From the NCBI GenBank assembly GCA_951406725.2, contig OX597823.1:14756001-14820000 (forward strand): a stretch of 64,000 nt of DNA. The letters are read 5' to 3'. This document shows positions 42,562-56,890 of this stretch, piece after piece (the first letter of the stretch is position 1; every line of letters starts with the position of its first letter). The DNA is from Octopus vulgaris. Its lineage: Eukaryota. The position numbers were made by a program, and so were the translations under genes. Under the pieces are notes generated by a model. It did no database searches and had not been told where the DNA came from. It was given only the letters and a program-made list of their open reading frames with translations.

Positions 42562-42721
42562 AGCATCCATGCATACATACAGACAGATATACATACATCC
42601 ATCCATATGTTCATACATCCATCAATCCACCCACCCATCCATCCATCCATCCATCCATCCATACATACATACATACATACATACATACATACACACATGT
42701 ATGCATGCATGCATACATACA

Positions 42722-43076
42722 TATATCAAGATAATAAGTTCAGATTTATACCTGTAATTATTGGGCACTGGGATATGTAACACACTGCCTAAATACAAAT
42801 CTTGAGAAATTAGGCTTCTCAAAACCAGAAAGGGGAAAGCTGTTTTGAAGACTACAGATCCAAACCATGTACTGGAACTATAAAAATCTGTAAAACTTTC
42901 CAGAGGTTTATCATTTAAGTATATATGAGCACGTCTAGATATGCAACTATATGCATGAGAAATATGCAACTACATGCATGAGAATACATACATTCAAAAA
43001 TATCCTGTTGATGTTGTTTAGAAACTGACTCTTTCTCTATTGGCCAGAAATCTTGAAATAAAACTGAATAATGACA
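42722..43076 (+). pseudogene. 5'-truncated R4/Dong-like LINE (endonuclease C-terminus plus 3' UTR) embedded in (CATA)n
   Basis: KFRFIPVIIG.LGYVTHCLNTNLEKLGFSKPERGKL..LQIQ..GTIKICKTFQRF*; 3' end tcttgaaataaaactgaataatgacatac shared with 12958-13030 and 18282-18392. Confidence 0.75.
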
Positions 43077-44199
43077 TACCTACACACATACATACATACA
43101 TACATACATACATACATACATACATACACACGTACCTATTTACTAATTTAATTAAGCCCTTCACTCCTTATGGAACTTAGGCTATCAATGGCTTTTCTCT
43201 ACTGTTTTCAACTCTGGGCTATCTCCCTGGTGGAAGGCCTTTCTCTCCTAGGTTTTGTCATCAATGCTTCTTTGATTTATCATTTTTCAAGGTAAGAGGT
43301 GTTGACCTTATGCAAACCCATTTTTACCTCCAGGAAAAACTAGTCCATATTAGACTAGCCTCTATTCTTTGACCTGTCCAGCACAGGAGGCTTTAATCAG
43401 TGGTTTGCACTGAGCTGACATAAATCTTATGAGCCTTGAGGCACAAAAGCCACTACACTGCAACAAGGGATGGACCTTGTGGTGGACATGTACATGCATG
43501 TGCATATATACAAATACACATACATATTTACTGGCACTTATGCCAGTAAATATGCCTTACTGGCACTTATGCCTGTGCTAGTGGGGTGCCAAGAGCACCA
43601 TCCGAGCGTGATCATTGCCAGAGCAGCCAACTGGCTTCCGTACCCGTGGCACATAAAAGGGCACCATTCGAGCGTGATCATTACCAACGTCGCTTCACTG
43701 GTCGACTTTGCCTTTCATCCTTTTGAGGTCGATTAAATAAGTACCAGTTACGTATTGGGGTCGATATAATCGACTTAATCCGTTTGTCTGTCCTTGTTTG
43801 TCCCCTCTGTGTGTAGCCCCTTGTGGGCTGTAAAGAAATAAGAATATGTGTGTGGGGTGGTGAGTATGATTTATATCAAAGTATATGATGTGTTGTGAAG
43901 AAACAATAAAACAACCATTAATTATATAGACATTGTATAATTAAACTATTTGACCTTTACCAACAACTGTTGATACAGACAATAACGTCACATCAATGCA
44001 TAATCTGATCTTCATATCACTGGTGATTATTTCATTACAGTTGTTAAACATATTTCTTGTCAGTCCTGGGAGGTATCTGATGACATACGTCAAAGTTCCC
44101 AGTGGAAATCATTTTCAGATAAATCAGGCATATTAGACTCAGCCTGGTTGGATGGTTAACAAGCTCGTTTTGAAATCACGAAGCTCTAGATTCCATTCC

Positions 44200-44610
44200 A
44201 CTGCTGCCATGCTTCATGGCAGTGAAACATGGTGTATGACTACAAAGGACATGTGTAGGCTCGGAAGAAATGAAGCTAGCTTGATCCGCTGGATGTTTAA
44301 TGTCAGTGTGCACACACGACAGAGTGTAAGTGCCCTGAGAGAAATGTTGGACATAAGAAGCATCGGATGTTGCGTGCAGGAGAGACGTTTGCGTTGGTAT
44401 GGTAATGTACTATGGATGGATGAGGAGAGATGTGTGAAGAAGTGCCACTTCTAAGCAGTTGGAGGAATCCGGGGTAGAGGTAGACCCAGGAAGGCATGGG
44501 ATGAGGTGGTCAAGCATGACCTTCAAACGTTGGGCCTCACAAAGGCAATGACGAAAGACCGAGACCTCTGGAGATATGCTGTGACTGCGAAGACCCGACA
44601 AATGAAGTGA
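44200..44610 (+). pseudogene. RTE-clade LINE ORF C-terminal remnant
   Basis: AMLHGSETW...ERRLRWYG...GRGRPRKAWDEVVKHDL..LGL...AMTKDRDLWR with an in-frame stop. Confidence 0.85.
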
Positions 44611-44754
44611 TTGCTAAAAGGGTTAATAAAGGTTTTGAGAACATTATCAAAATATGGCAGGTGTCTAAAGGTAGTTGTGAGTGGGGGGTACAACAACCAA
44701 AATACTGTGATTTTAACAAACTAGCTGAGAAACCTAGAGAGAACATATCATCAC

Positions 44755-44833
<79 letters not shown>

Positions 44834-44916
44834 TAATAATAATGATAATAATAATAATAATGATAATAATGATGATGATGATAATAATAATAATGATGAT
44901 AATAATAATAATAATA

Positions 44917-44981
<65 letters not shown>

Positions 44982-45015
44982 AATAATAATAATAATAATG
45001 ATGATGATGATAATA

Positions 45016-45077
<62 letters not shown>

Positions 45078-45322
45078 AATAATAATAATTATAGTTCCTC
45101 TTCTTAGAAATTCTCACAAATATTTGTAGTTTTATAATTGTAGAATGTATTTGTGGATGTACAAGCATTCAGGTTTTCAAGTGCGTTTGCATGTTTGTAC
45201 TTGTGTACGAGAGAGTGTGGGAGCAGAACAGAGATAAGGCGATAGAAAAAGTAAGAAAGAGAACAATATGGAGAAAGATAAAAGAAAAATATTTATCATT
45301 CTGTATACATGCATACATATGA

Positions 45323-45371
<49 letters not shown>

Positions 45372-46071
45372 GCATACATACATATATGGGTGGATTTCTA
45401 AAACTGCTCCCTTAATATATACATGTAGTCACCTGTCATGAAACAAAGTTAAGGGATACAAGTTTCAGCATGATTTTGGTCAATGAGGTCATATTTAGTA
45501 ATATCACACAAGCAGTATTATAACTATATTATCATAAAATAGGAAAATGTGTTACCACCAAACTAAATGTTACCAATGATTAGCAATATAACTGAGTGAA
45601 AAAAAGAACTCAAGGAAGATATTCTGCATACTAAGCTTAAATACCATGGTGTCCCACAAATGTAATATCAGGTGTTGAGAAACTTCTAGTAAATGAGATA
45701 TAGCCAAGCAATTAATAGGTAAAACCCATTTTAGGAATGTTTAGAATAACACAAGCAAGGGAGATAAATTCAGTAAGATCAGTTGATTGAAATTTTGGGA
45801 CACCATAGACCAGTATTTAACAATCTTTTAGTCTCGTGGAACCCTTAAAATACATATTGTATCTCAGGATAAATATTATTATATATCATTATCAATCACT
45901 TTATTTCACTTTGATACAAAGTTAAATTTCATATGATTAAACAAGTTGTTGGAAAGTTTGGCAACGCCAAATTCATTGAACACCACAAAGAATGTTTAAA
46001 AATTTTCATTTTCACAAAGACCTTGTTTAGACCAAATTCCTTCACCATTGCTCATTAAGTGGTTATGTTCC

Positions 46072-46540
46072 CCATCATCATCATCATCATCATCGTTTAA
46101 CGTCCGTTTTCCATGCTAGCATGGGTTGGATGATTTGACTGAGGACTAGCGAACACGATGGCTGCACCAGGCTCCAATCTGATGAGGCAGGGTTTCTACA
46201 GCTGGATTTCCTCCCTAATGTCAACCACTCCGAGAGTGTAGTGGGTGCTTTTACATGCCACCAGCATGAGGGCCAGTCAGGCGGTACAGTCAACGGCCAT
46301 GCTCAAATATTTTTATATGTGCCACCTGCACAGGAGCCAGTCCAGTGGCACTGGCAACGACCTCACTCAAATGTTTTTTCACATGCCACTGGCACAAGTG
46401 CCAGTAAGGCGATGCTGGTAATGTTCAGGCTTGAATGGTGCTTTTTATGTACCACCAGCACGGAAGCCAGTTAGCTGCTCTGGCAATGATCACGCTCGGA
46501 TGGTGTTCTTAGCACTCCACTAGCACGGATGCCACCCATG
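46072..46540 (-). mobile_element. Retroposon family with a (GAT)n tail (..AACCCATGCTAGCATGGAAAACGGACGTTAAACGATGATG)
   Basis: Copies or fragments at 33580-33615, 34585-34780, 41562-41720, 61065-61215(+) and 63410-63545. Confidence 0.75.
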
Positions 46541-47198
46541 TGATCTTATTACCTACAGGTCCCAGTATTTTGAATATTCCATGAATTTAGCATTAAATGC
46601 AAAAAGAATCTCTGAAATATGCATTTGCATATAGTTAGCCAATTTTTCTCAATCAATCTCTCACCATACCTTAGGATTCCAGAGAAACTCAGATGGGACA
46701 CTGATTTAGAAAATTTAAATTGATTGGACTGGGGCTTTAACACCAGTTGGTAAAAGCAACAAGGATGAAGCAAGAGGCAGAGTGAGTTGTTATTCAAAAT
46801 TTTTCTTCTCCTAAGTATGGTTGAGGAGAGAGTATGCCTCACTCATGCCTTTATTTTGGTATAATAATAATAATAATTTTTTCAAATTTTGGCACAAGGC
46901 TAACAGTTTTAGGGGTTTTACATTGATCCCAGCTCTTTATTGACAGTAGAAAGCTGACTTTGGTAGGATTTGAACTCAGAATGTACAGACCCATAAACAA
47001 ACACAACAAAGCATTCTAGCGACTTTGCCAGTTCCCTGCCTAATTGTATTATCACAAAAATTATAAAACAAGTCTGGGACAAATATTCTTTTGAAAATGT
47101 TCTTATTAAACCTAGAATATTCAAGTCTGTCATGGAAGAACCATGAAAACCACTTAAAATATACAATGTTATGCTTACATTTGTTCTTAAAAAAAAAA

Positions 47199-47520
47199 GA
47201 CTCCGCCGGTTACGACGACAAGGGTCCCAGCTGATACGATCAACGGAACAGCTTGCTCGTGAAATTAACGTGCAAATGGCTGAGCATTCCACAGACACGT
47301 GTACCCTTAACGTAGTTCTCGGGGATAATCAGCGTGACACAGAGAGTGACAAGGCTGACCCTTTGAAATACAAGTACAACTCATTTTTGCCAGCTGAGTG
47401 GACTGGAGCAACGTGAAATAAAGTGTCTTGCTCAAGGACACAACGCGTCGCCGGGAATCGAACTCACAACCTTACGATCATGAGCCGAATGCCCTAACCA
47501 CTAAGCCACGCGCCCTCACA
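47199..47520 (-). mobile_element. SINE family D (different tRNA head, 3' half shared with family C); copies 31021-31347(+), 48060-48328(-)
   Basis: TSD ACATTTGTTCT (47177-47187 / 47520-47530); the 48 kb copy has TSD CATTGCCCTCAATA. Confidence 0.85.
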
Positions 47521-48860
47521 CATTTGTTCTACATTGCGAATGTATTATATACTATACACAATCAAAGTCTTTCATGGTATACCTAAATATATTGGCACTG
47601 ATTTTCTATGTCATTTCTATCTTTCTATTAGGCCATGGTTGTACAAGAACAGAAACAATTTCATATCATTTGTTCTTAAATACATTTACCCATTGTGGCT
47701 GTTTGGAACTCTGCGCTGGATGTTCTAAGTGCAATTGGATGCTTAAGCACAACATATGCTCTTACATGGCACCACACGGGTGCTTTTACATGGTGCCACA
47801 CAAGTGACACTGCATGGATGCTTTTACATAGCAACACCACAAGCACTTTACAGCACCAGAAGGGTTGGTCTTAACACTTCTGATGTGGAGTCCAGGTCTT
47901 CTAACAAAACACAGTTTCAAATATGTTGTTCATCAACAAAGGATATAGTTGTATATAAAATTGCTTTCTGCAGTTAAGAGTAATGAAATTTTGAATGGAT
48001 ATATCTGCTTTCCACAGTACAAGTGTAAAGATTAAAAAATTCAGCATTGCCCTCAATAACTGGTACTTCATCGGTTATGACAATGAGGGGCTCCAGTTGA
48101 TCAGATCAATGAAACAGCTTTCTCATGAAATTAACATGCAAGTAGTTGAGTACTCCACAGACATGTGTACTCTTAACGTAGTTCTCGGGGAGATTCAGCA
48201 TGACACAGAGGAAATACAGGTACTACTCATTTTTGGCACTATTCATTTTTGGCAGCCGAGTAAACTGGAGTAGCGTGAAATAAAGTGTCTTGCTCAAGGA
48301 CACAACACGTTGCCAGGAATTGAACTTACATTGCCCTCAATATACTCTCTTTTACTCTTTTACATGTTTCAGTCATTTGACTGCGACCATGCTGGAGCAC
48401 AGCCTTTAGTCGAGCAAATCGACCCCGGTACTTATTCTTTGTGAACCCAGTACTTATTCTATCGGTCTCTTTTGCCAAACCGCTAAGTTACGGGGACGTA
48501 AACACACCAGCATCAGTTGTCAAGCAATGCTAGGGGGACAAACACAGGCACACAAACCCATACATACATATACACATATATACATATATATGACAGGCTT
48601 CTTTCAGTTTCCGTCTACCAAATCCACTCACAAGGCATTGGTCAGCCCGGGGCTATAGCAGAAGACACTTGCCCAAGGTGCCACGCAGTGGGACTGAACC
48701 CGGAACCACATGGTTGGTAAGCAAGCTACTTACCACACAGCCACTCCTTGTTCTCATTCATTTATGTTTAATAACACAAGTATTTCAAACAGAATTACAA
48801 AAGAGTCTACCAGTTGCAACTCACTTCTTTTATCTGAAGGTGGAACTATAGCACAACTTA

Positions 48861-49226
<366 letters not shown>

Positions 49227-50052
49227 TTATATGTATGTGTGTGTGTGTGTGTGTGTACATGCATGTAATTAGATATATATTGGTGTATGTTTATGTAGGT
49301 TTGTATATATATTTGTATGTGTGCATGTATATGTGTGTGTATGTATGTACGTGATGTATGTGTGTATGTAAACATGCACACACACATGTGCATGTGTGTG
49401 TAATTAGATATATTTTGGTGTGTGTGTGTGTGTGTATAGGTATGTATGTATATTCGTATATGTGCATGTATATGTATGTGTATGTGTGTGTGTGTGTGTG
49501 TACATGTGTGTAATTAGATATATTTTGTTGTGCATGTGTATGTAGGTATGTATATATATTCGTATGTGTGCATGTATATGTGTGTGTGTGTACATGTATG
49601 TAATTAGATATGTATATCGATGTGTGTGTGTATGTAGTTATCTTTGTATACTTGTATGTGTGCACGTATAGGTGTGTGTGTGTGTAATTTGATATATATT
49701 GGTGTGTGTTTATGTAGGTATGTATGTGTGTGTGTGTGTGTGTGTATGTGATGTATGTGTGTATGTAAACATACATACATACATGTGTGTGTGAGTGTGT
49801 ATATGAAATTTACACAAGTTTAGGTCCACCACTACCACCTCCACCACTGTGCGAAAAAGAGTAAAAATGAGATTATGACATTTTGACTTCTGCCATAATG
49901 AATATGATAATCAATAGAGGCTTTTGTCACATCTGTTCTTGTAATGGTTGCAATGAATACAAGAACAAAATTCCATTTGAATATGAATCTATAAACAAAA
50001 TGTGTTACATCTAAGGATCCCATTGGTTAATGACAATGTTCAGATATACTTC

Positions 50053-50085
<33 letters not shown>

Positions 50086-50477
50086 CATCAAGGCGGCGAA
50101 ATGGCAGAACCGTTAGCATGCCGGGCGAAATGCGTAGCCGTATTTCGTCTGCTGTTACGTTCTGAGTTCAAATTCCGCCGAGGTCGACTTTGCCTTTCAT
50201 CCTTCCTGGGTTGATAAATTAAGTACCAGTTATGCATTGGGATCGATATCTGTCCTTGTTTGTCCCCTCTGTGTTTAGCCTCTTGTGGGTAGTAAAGAAA
50301 TAGGTATTTCGTCTGCCGCTACGTTCTGAGTTCAAATTCCGCCGAGGTCGACTTTGCCTTTCATCCTTTCTGGGTTGATAAATTAAGTACCAGTTATGCA
50401 CTGGGATCGATATCTGTCCTTGTTTGTCCCCTCTGTCTTTAGCCCCTTGTGGGTAGTAAAGAAATAATTATTATTAT

Positions 50478-50939
50478 TGAGTGAGAGAGCAGTGCATGCC
50501 ATCAAAGTGACACTGGGGTAAAATATACGAAACCCAGTATACCCATCATGACTACCCGTCTGATAAGGGTACACCAGGCACATGCATCACAACCATATGT
50601 GCGCGGCATGGTGATCTCATATCAAGATAAACAGCACATGACCTTGCAGGTGGGGCTCAGTTAGAATTTTCTTCTGGTCGAGTAACCCATCCTAACCAAA
50701 AGGTCCTTGAATAGGGGTTGTTTAAGGATGTTGAACAAAACACCCATGTTTCCAGAGGTGAATTATTCAAACCCCAAAGAATCCCTCTCAACACATAGCT
50801 ATGATGCTCCCCCATTACCTCTGCTCGTGATCAGAGATGCACATATCGTCAGCCACTAAGGGACATGCTCAACTGGTTACGGTCAAACAACTGACAAGGA
50901 AATCTGTGGTATTGAGCAGAATATTTGCTGTAGCCCATC

Positions 50940-50942
<3 letters not shown>
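50478..50942. mobile_element. About 460-bp interspersed repeat inserted in (TTA)n; diverged copy 52170-52635, fragment 6168-6270
   Basis: Clear pairwise similarity; microsatellite flanks. Confidence 0.7.
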
Positions 50943-50987
<45 letters not shown>

Positions 50988-51213
50988 CATTATTATTGGC
51001 GAGCTGGCTGAATCTTTAGCACACAGGGCAAAATGCTTCATGGTATTTCATCTGCCGCTATGTTCTGAGTTCAAATTCTGCTGAGGTTAACTTTGCCTTT
51101 CATCCTTTCGGAGTCGATAGAATAAGTACCAGTTGAACCCTGGCGGGGTCAATGTTATCGACTTAACCCCTCCCCTAAAACTGCTGCCCTTGTGGTAAAA
51201 CTTAAAACCATCA

Positions 51214-51322
<109 letters not shown>

Positions 51323-51596
51323 GGTGGTGAGCTGGCAGAATCGTTAGCAAGCCGGGCAAAATACTTCACAATATTTTGTCTGCCGCTATGTTCTGAGTTC
51401 AAATTCTGCTGAGGTTGACTTCACCTTTCATCTTTTAGTGGTCAATAAATTAAATATGAGCGAAATACTGGGGTCAATGTAATCAACTAGTCCTCCACCC
51501 CCAAAATTTCAAGCCTTGTGTCTATAGTAGAAAGGATTGTTATTGTTATTATTATTATTGCTGCTGCTGCTGCTGCTGTTGTTGTTGTTCTTCTTC

Positions 51597-51632
<36 letters not shown>

Positions 51633-53542
51633 TCAGTTGCGCTTGATATTAAGATCCATAAGCCTGTTATAATTATGCTTTGTAACAGAAAACAACATCA
51701 AATAAATTACGATGTGCGGGATTATTGAGTGTTTATGTGTGTTTATCATTTTAAGAGGTTACTTTCAAATATAAACATGTATGTAAATAAAAATGATATA
51801 TCAAATACACAATGATTATAATGCATTCCTAATTCTATTTTCAAATTTGACAGTTTTTTTTATATACCAAAATAAATTTTAGTAAATTGAAGGTTTTATT
51901 TTATGAAAAAAAAACAATGTCACTTCTAAAATCATTGGCTAATGAATATGACATAAATACATAAAACCGTCAATTAATGTGTGTATAAACACACACACAT
52001 ACATACGTACATACATACTTGCATACATACATACTTACATACATAAATACTTACATACATACATACATGCATACACACACATACATATATACATACATAC
52101 AAACATACAAACATACATACATACATACATACATACATACACACACACAGACATACATACATATGTATGTATTGAGTGAGAGAGCAGCATATGCCATTAA
52201 GGTGATGCTGGTATACTCATCATGACAACCTATCTGATACCCATCATGATAGCCCAGTACACCCACCACAACAACCCATCTGATAAGGACACACTAGGTA
52301 TATGCATCACAACAATATGTGCGCACACCTGGTAACCTTATATCAAGATGAACTGTGCATGACCTTGCAGGTGGGACCCAGTTAGAAATTTCCTTCAGGT
52401 TGAGTAGACCATTCCACTCAAAAGAACCCCGAATAAGGTTTGTTTAAGGATGATGAGTGAAACACCCATGTTTCCAGGGGTGAATTATTCAAGTCCCAAA
52501 GAATCATTCTCAATACATGGCTATCATGCTCCTCTACTACTCCTGCCCGTGATCAGAGATGCACAAATCGGATATGCTCAACTGATTGACGTCAAGCAAT
52601 TGACAAACAATATTTGCTATAGCCCATCTTTTATATCATGACAAAACATACTTGATAGCACTAAAGCCATGAGAGCCACCGCCAGATGTTTGTATGTATG
52701 TAAGTATGTATGTATGTATGTATGTATGTATGTATGTATGTATGTATGTATGTATGTATGTGTGTGTATATATGTACATATGTATGTACGTATATATGCA
52801 TGATGAATGTATGTATGCAAGTATGTTTGTATGTACGTATGTATGTATGTGTGTGTATTTATGTATGTATGTATGTGTGTGTATGTATGTATGTATGTAC
52901 GTATGTATGTATGTATGTATGTACGTATGTACGTATGTATGTATGTACGTATGCTTGTATGTATGTATGTATGTATGTATGTATGTATGTATGTATGTAT
53001 ATATGCATGTATGTATGTATTACGTATGTATGTATGTATGTATGTATGTATGTATGTATGTATGTATGTATGTATGTATGTATGTATGTATGTATGTATG
53101 TATGCATGTGTATGTATGTATGTAAGAGTACAATAGATACATATACGGATACATATACATACTCATTAACACACATACACACACACAAATATACACATAC
53201 ACACACAGAAACATATAAACACACACACACACGTTCTTTTTGGGAATGTCTCGAAGCATTCAGACAAAGCTATAAATATTAGACTATAAACATATATGTA
53301 TGCTATGCCTGTGCATATGATACTGCGTGTGTGCTGGTACACAAATATAACCAGGTAATTTCTGGAAAATGGATCGGTAGATAGATTGTTTAAACAGGTG
53401 TATATTTACGTCATAAGCAGGATGATTAAGCTTTATAAAAATAAGCAAGTCTTACGTAGATCATTTACTGCGTAAAGAGTTTACTGAGACGATGCCGAAA
53501 AGAATACGGAAAAAATAATCAACCAGTCCAAGCACCACTTAC

Positions 53543-53600
53543 CTTTACTGAGCAAGTGTTTCTTTAATTTGTTTTACGAATGTTGCTCTTAGCAACCGGA
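53543..53600 (-). promoter_or_regulatory. Probable CAPSL non-coding exon 1 / promoter with an RFX X-box (GTTGCTCTTAGCAAC, 53582-53596)
   Basis: Consensus donor CAGTAAAG|GTAAGTG at 53543/53542. The ATG-containing exon has its own acceptor, so an upstream exon is required. A palindromic X-box lies 40-53 nt upstream of the donor. Confidence 0.6.
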
Positions 53601-53775
53601 AACAAGAACTATAACCCTGTATTTCACAAATGTTTAGCTGCTAATTTTTTAGATTATCTCCCTTGCATCTGGAAATTTCTCATGTACGTATGTGTAATGT
53701 TATCTAAAAGTTATATATATATATATTTGTGTGTACTAACTTTTTGTGTGTTATATAAATTTTTATATATATATA

Positions 53776-53831
<56 letters not shown>

Positions 53832-53835
53832 ATAC

Positions 53836-53876
<41 letters not shown>

Positions 53877-54080
53877 ATATAAATTTATATATATATATAT
53901 ATATGTATGTATGTGTAAAATAAAATACAAAATGGGACAAAAACGCAAAACATCCGGACCCGGACAACTAGGACAAAAAGGGACAACAAAACATCCAGAT
54001 AGACGATACAAAAAAACAAGGACGGGTCATTCGAAACCTTTTATCTTCAGTCAAGAACCGGATCATCCTCGCAATTTCGG

Positions 54081-54119
<39 letters not shown>

Positions 54120-54163
54120 TTGTACACACACACACACACACACACATATGTATGAGTGCGTGC

Positions 54164-54194
<31 letters not shown>

Positions 54195-54414
54195 ATTTGC
54201 ATCAAAAAGGTGCTTTTTTTCTATGATAATCGCTATTTTTTACGATTTTTTGACTGCTGTGTCGCTATTTTTCAGTGTATTTCAACCAGAAAAATGTCCA
54301 TTTAAAGAAAATAACAAGCTACATAATGCAAAATTTTTACTTTTCAAAAATTCCAATTCTAAAGGCTCGAAACAAACCCAAGCAACGCCGGGCGATACCG
54401 CTTGTATATATATA

Positions 54415-54762
54415 TATGTGTGTACAAACATGCATGCAAGTCAACTGGCCAGATTTGGTTGTGTGGTACCACAAGAAAAAGATGTATTTTTTTGTGGAAA
54501 TCAGCTGCCCCCTGGATACGAATGTGGTCAGAAATATACAAGAGAAAGAGGACATCCTCAGACCATTGATAAGGAGTTTGCAAATCCAGTACTCAAGAGA
54601 CACTTTCAGCTTCATACTTATTATACAAGATACAGACCAGCCAGTCTGAAGCAAAGGATGGCTGAACTTAGGCCATTGCGGAGTGAAGGTAAATCCTTTA
54701 TTCATTCATTACAAATGATCGCGATAGCTAGGATAATAAAAATCTTGAGATTTAAAGGGTGA
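54415..54762 (+). pseudogene. RLE endonuclease remnant of an R4/Dong-like LINE
   Basis: NWPDLVVWYHKKKMYFFVEISCPLDTNVVRNIQEKEDI: PD..(D/E)-type restriction-like endonuclease motif. Confidence 0.7.
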
Positions 54763-55225
54763 TGAACAAAACAAGATGCTTTCCCTCAAAATTTAGTCGA
54801 AATTAAAAAGGGAAAGAGAATATATACGCACAATTACATGGGACCTCCGCTGGTTTCGACGATGAGTAAGGCAGCCTTTCTTCCAGCTTACTCCATTTAT
54901 CAGTGTGACTGTGTTGATGTGATCGACTTGAATATTTAACGGCGGTGCCCCAGTATGGTCGCATTCCAATGATTCCAACCAATAAAACAATAAATATATA
55001 ACGATTACATTTTCCCAAATCCAATTTGTGAGCAAATGAAAATATAAGCCACATCATTCCTTAGTTGTTAGCAACATAATTGACACACCCAAAGGTTAAA
55101 TACAAGCAGTCACCAAGTACAATATTTATTGATGAACCTAATAATTCAGACCTGCTAAATTTTTACGTCGTGATGTATGCATCTCGCTTTGTTATTCCTC
55201 TCATCGTTAAGTACAATGAAGGCTA

Positions 55226-55269
55226 AACTTCGCTGAAGAGGTCTGGTAAGCTGAAAACTGTCTGAGGTT
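55226..55269 (+). ncRNA. Hammerhead-like motif with weak stem II
   Basis: aacttcg-CTGAAGA-gg..ct-GAAA-actg-TC-tgaggtt. Confidence 0.45.
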
Positions 55270-56031
55270 GTTTCCCCTAGTTGTTCAAATAATTAAAATA
55301 CTATTACACATTGAACTAATGTATTTTCATCGTTCTTTAGCTACCTCTAATTAGATTGTTGATGCTAACTGCATTAAATATCTTAACATTAACTAAATAA
55401 CAGTGATTAACCTGGAGATTACCATAGAAACTGTGTCAGTATTTCTTACATACATATGATATAAAGTTATATAATATACATGCATACGCATGTATGTACA
55501 TGTGTATAGATACAGGTATATATATATGGCATTCGCCATGATAGATCGCTTGCCACTACGCATTCTTTATCTTCTCTCCTTGTTTCTTTCTGTGTTCCTT
55601 TCTGTGGAAGAGCGTAGGCTCGAAACGTTAAAGACTTTTTCACTTCCCGAGCGTTACCATCATTTTTTCCCCATTTTTAATGCATTATTTGGCTATTTTT
55701 TGGCTATAACTCTCTAAAAATGCTTTATAGTTATTTCCCTTACAAACCCGAGCAACGCCGGGCGATACTGCTAGTTTAAAAAAAAAGAATGTGCAAATCG
55801 AAACGGTTTCTTTTATGCCTTCACTGCTTTCAGTCTTAGCTTAAGGTATTTTCGCGCCCGACATCACAAAATGCGTCTGAATAAACATTGCCGGAGAGCA
55901 AATAGTGACTCGGACATTGCTTAGAAAATATTTTTCATTTTTAACCTCGTATATAGTACGCACTAGGGAATTTGACCTTTAAATTTCGGGAAAATAATGC
56001 GGGTTATACTCGAGGGTTTACGGTATGTATG

Positions 56032-56063
<32 letters not shown>

Positions 56064-56890
56064 ACAAAGTTGAGTTGTGGGGTGTCGCATGAGTGGAATT
56101 ATATACGAAAGAAGGTTTGAAAATGCAATTTAAAAGATGTTTATTTACTTAACCGGTTTCACTCTTTGGAAAAAGATTGTCAAAAGTAACATAGAATATT
56201 ATGAATTCAAAAAAATTTACATAATTGCCACATTACATGTATATATACAGTCTTTGGTAACAGGGAGATGAAAGCATAAAACAAAAACCACAACAACGCG
56301 AGGACGTGGAACAAATATAGTATCATTGGATGCTCAGGAAAGAAGGAGGGTTTAACGTTTCGAGCGGGGCTCTTCGTCGGAAACACAGGAGAAGGAAAGA
56401 CCCAGAGAAGGGAAGACAGAGGAAAAAAAGGGGGAAAAAAATCGCCAACGGTACACACGCGGTTACATATATATACGTATGTATGTATATGTATGTATGT
56501 ATACACACATACATACATATATGTGTGTGTATGTATGTATATACACACATACATATATATACATACGACGGGCTTCTTTTCAGTTTCCGTCTACCAAATC
56601 CACTTACAAGGCTTTGGTTGGCTCGAGGTTATAGAAGACACTTGCCCAAGTCGTCACGCAGTGGAACTGAACCCGGAGCCATGTGGTTGGGAAGCAGGGT
56701 TCTTACCACAAACCCATATTGGCAACTACGTGTACACACAAACACAAACACAGACATAGTTATGTTATATTCTGTAAAAGAATGTAGCGCAATACAGCAT
56801 AAAGCTCGTCCACCTTCAGATTTCACCCTACGCTATCCAGTAGTAGTATTATACGTACTTCCAGATCTGCGTTTGGGCTTTTGCAATCAC

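Noticed and set aside
46660-46760. X-box-like GTTGGTAAAAGCAAC with CCAAT and a possible donor (alternative CAPSL promoter)
   Set aside because: Weaker motif match and no independent support.
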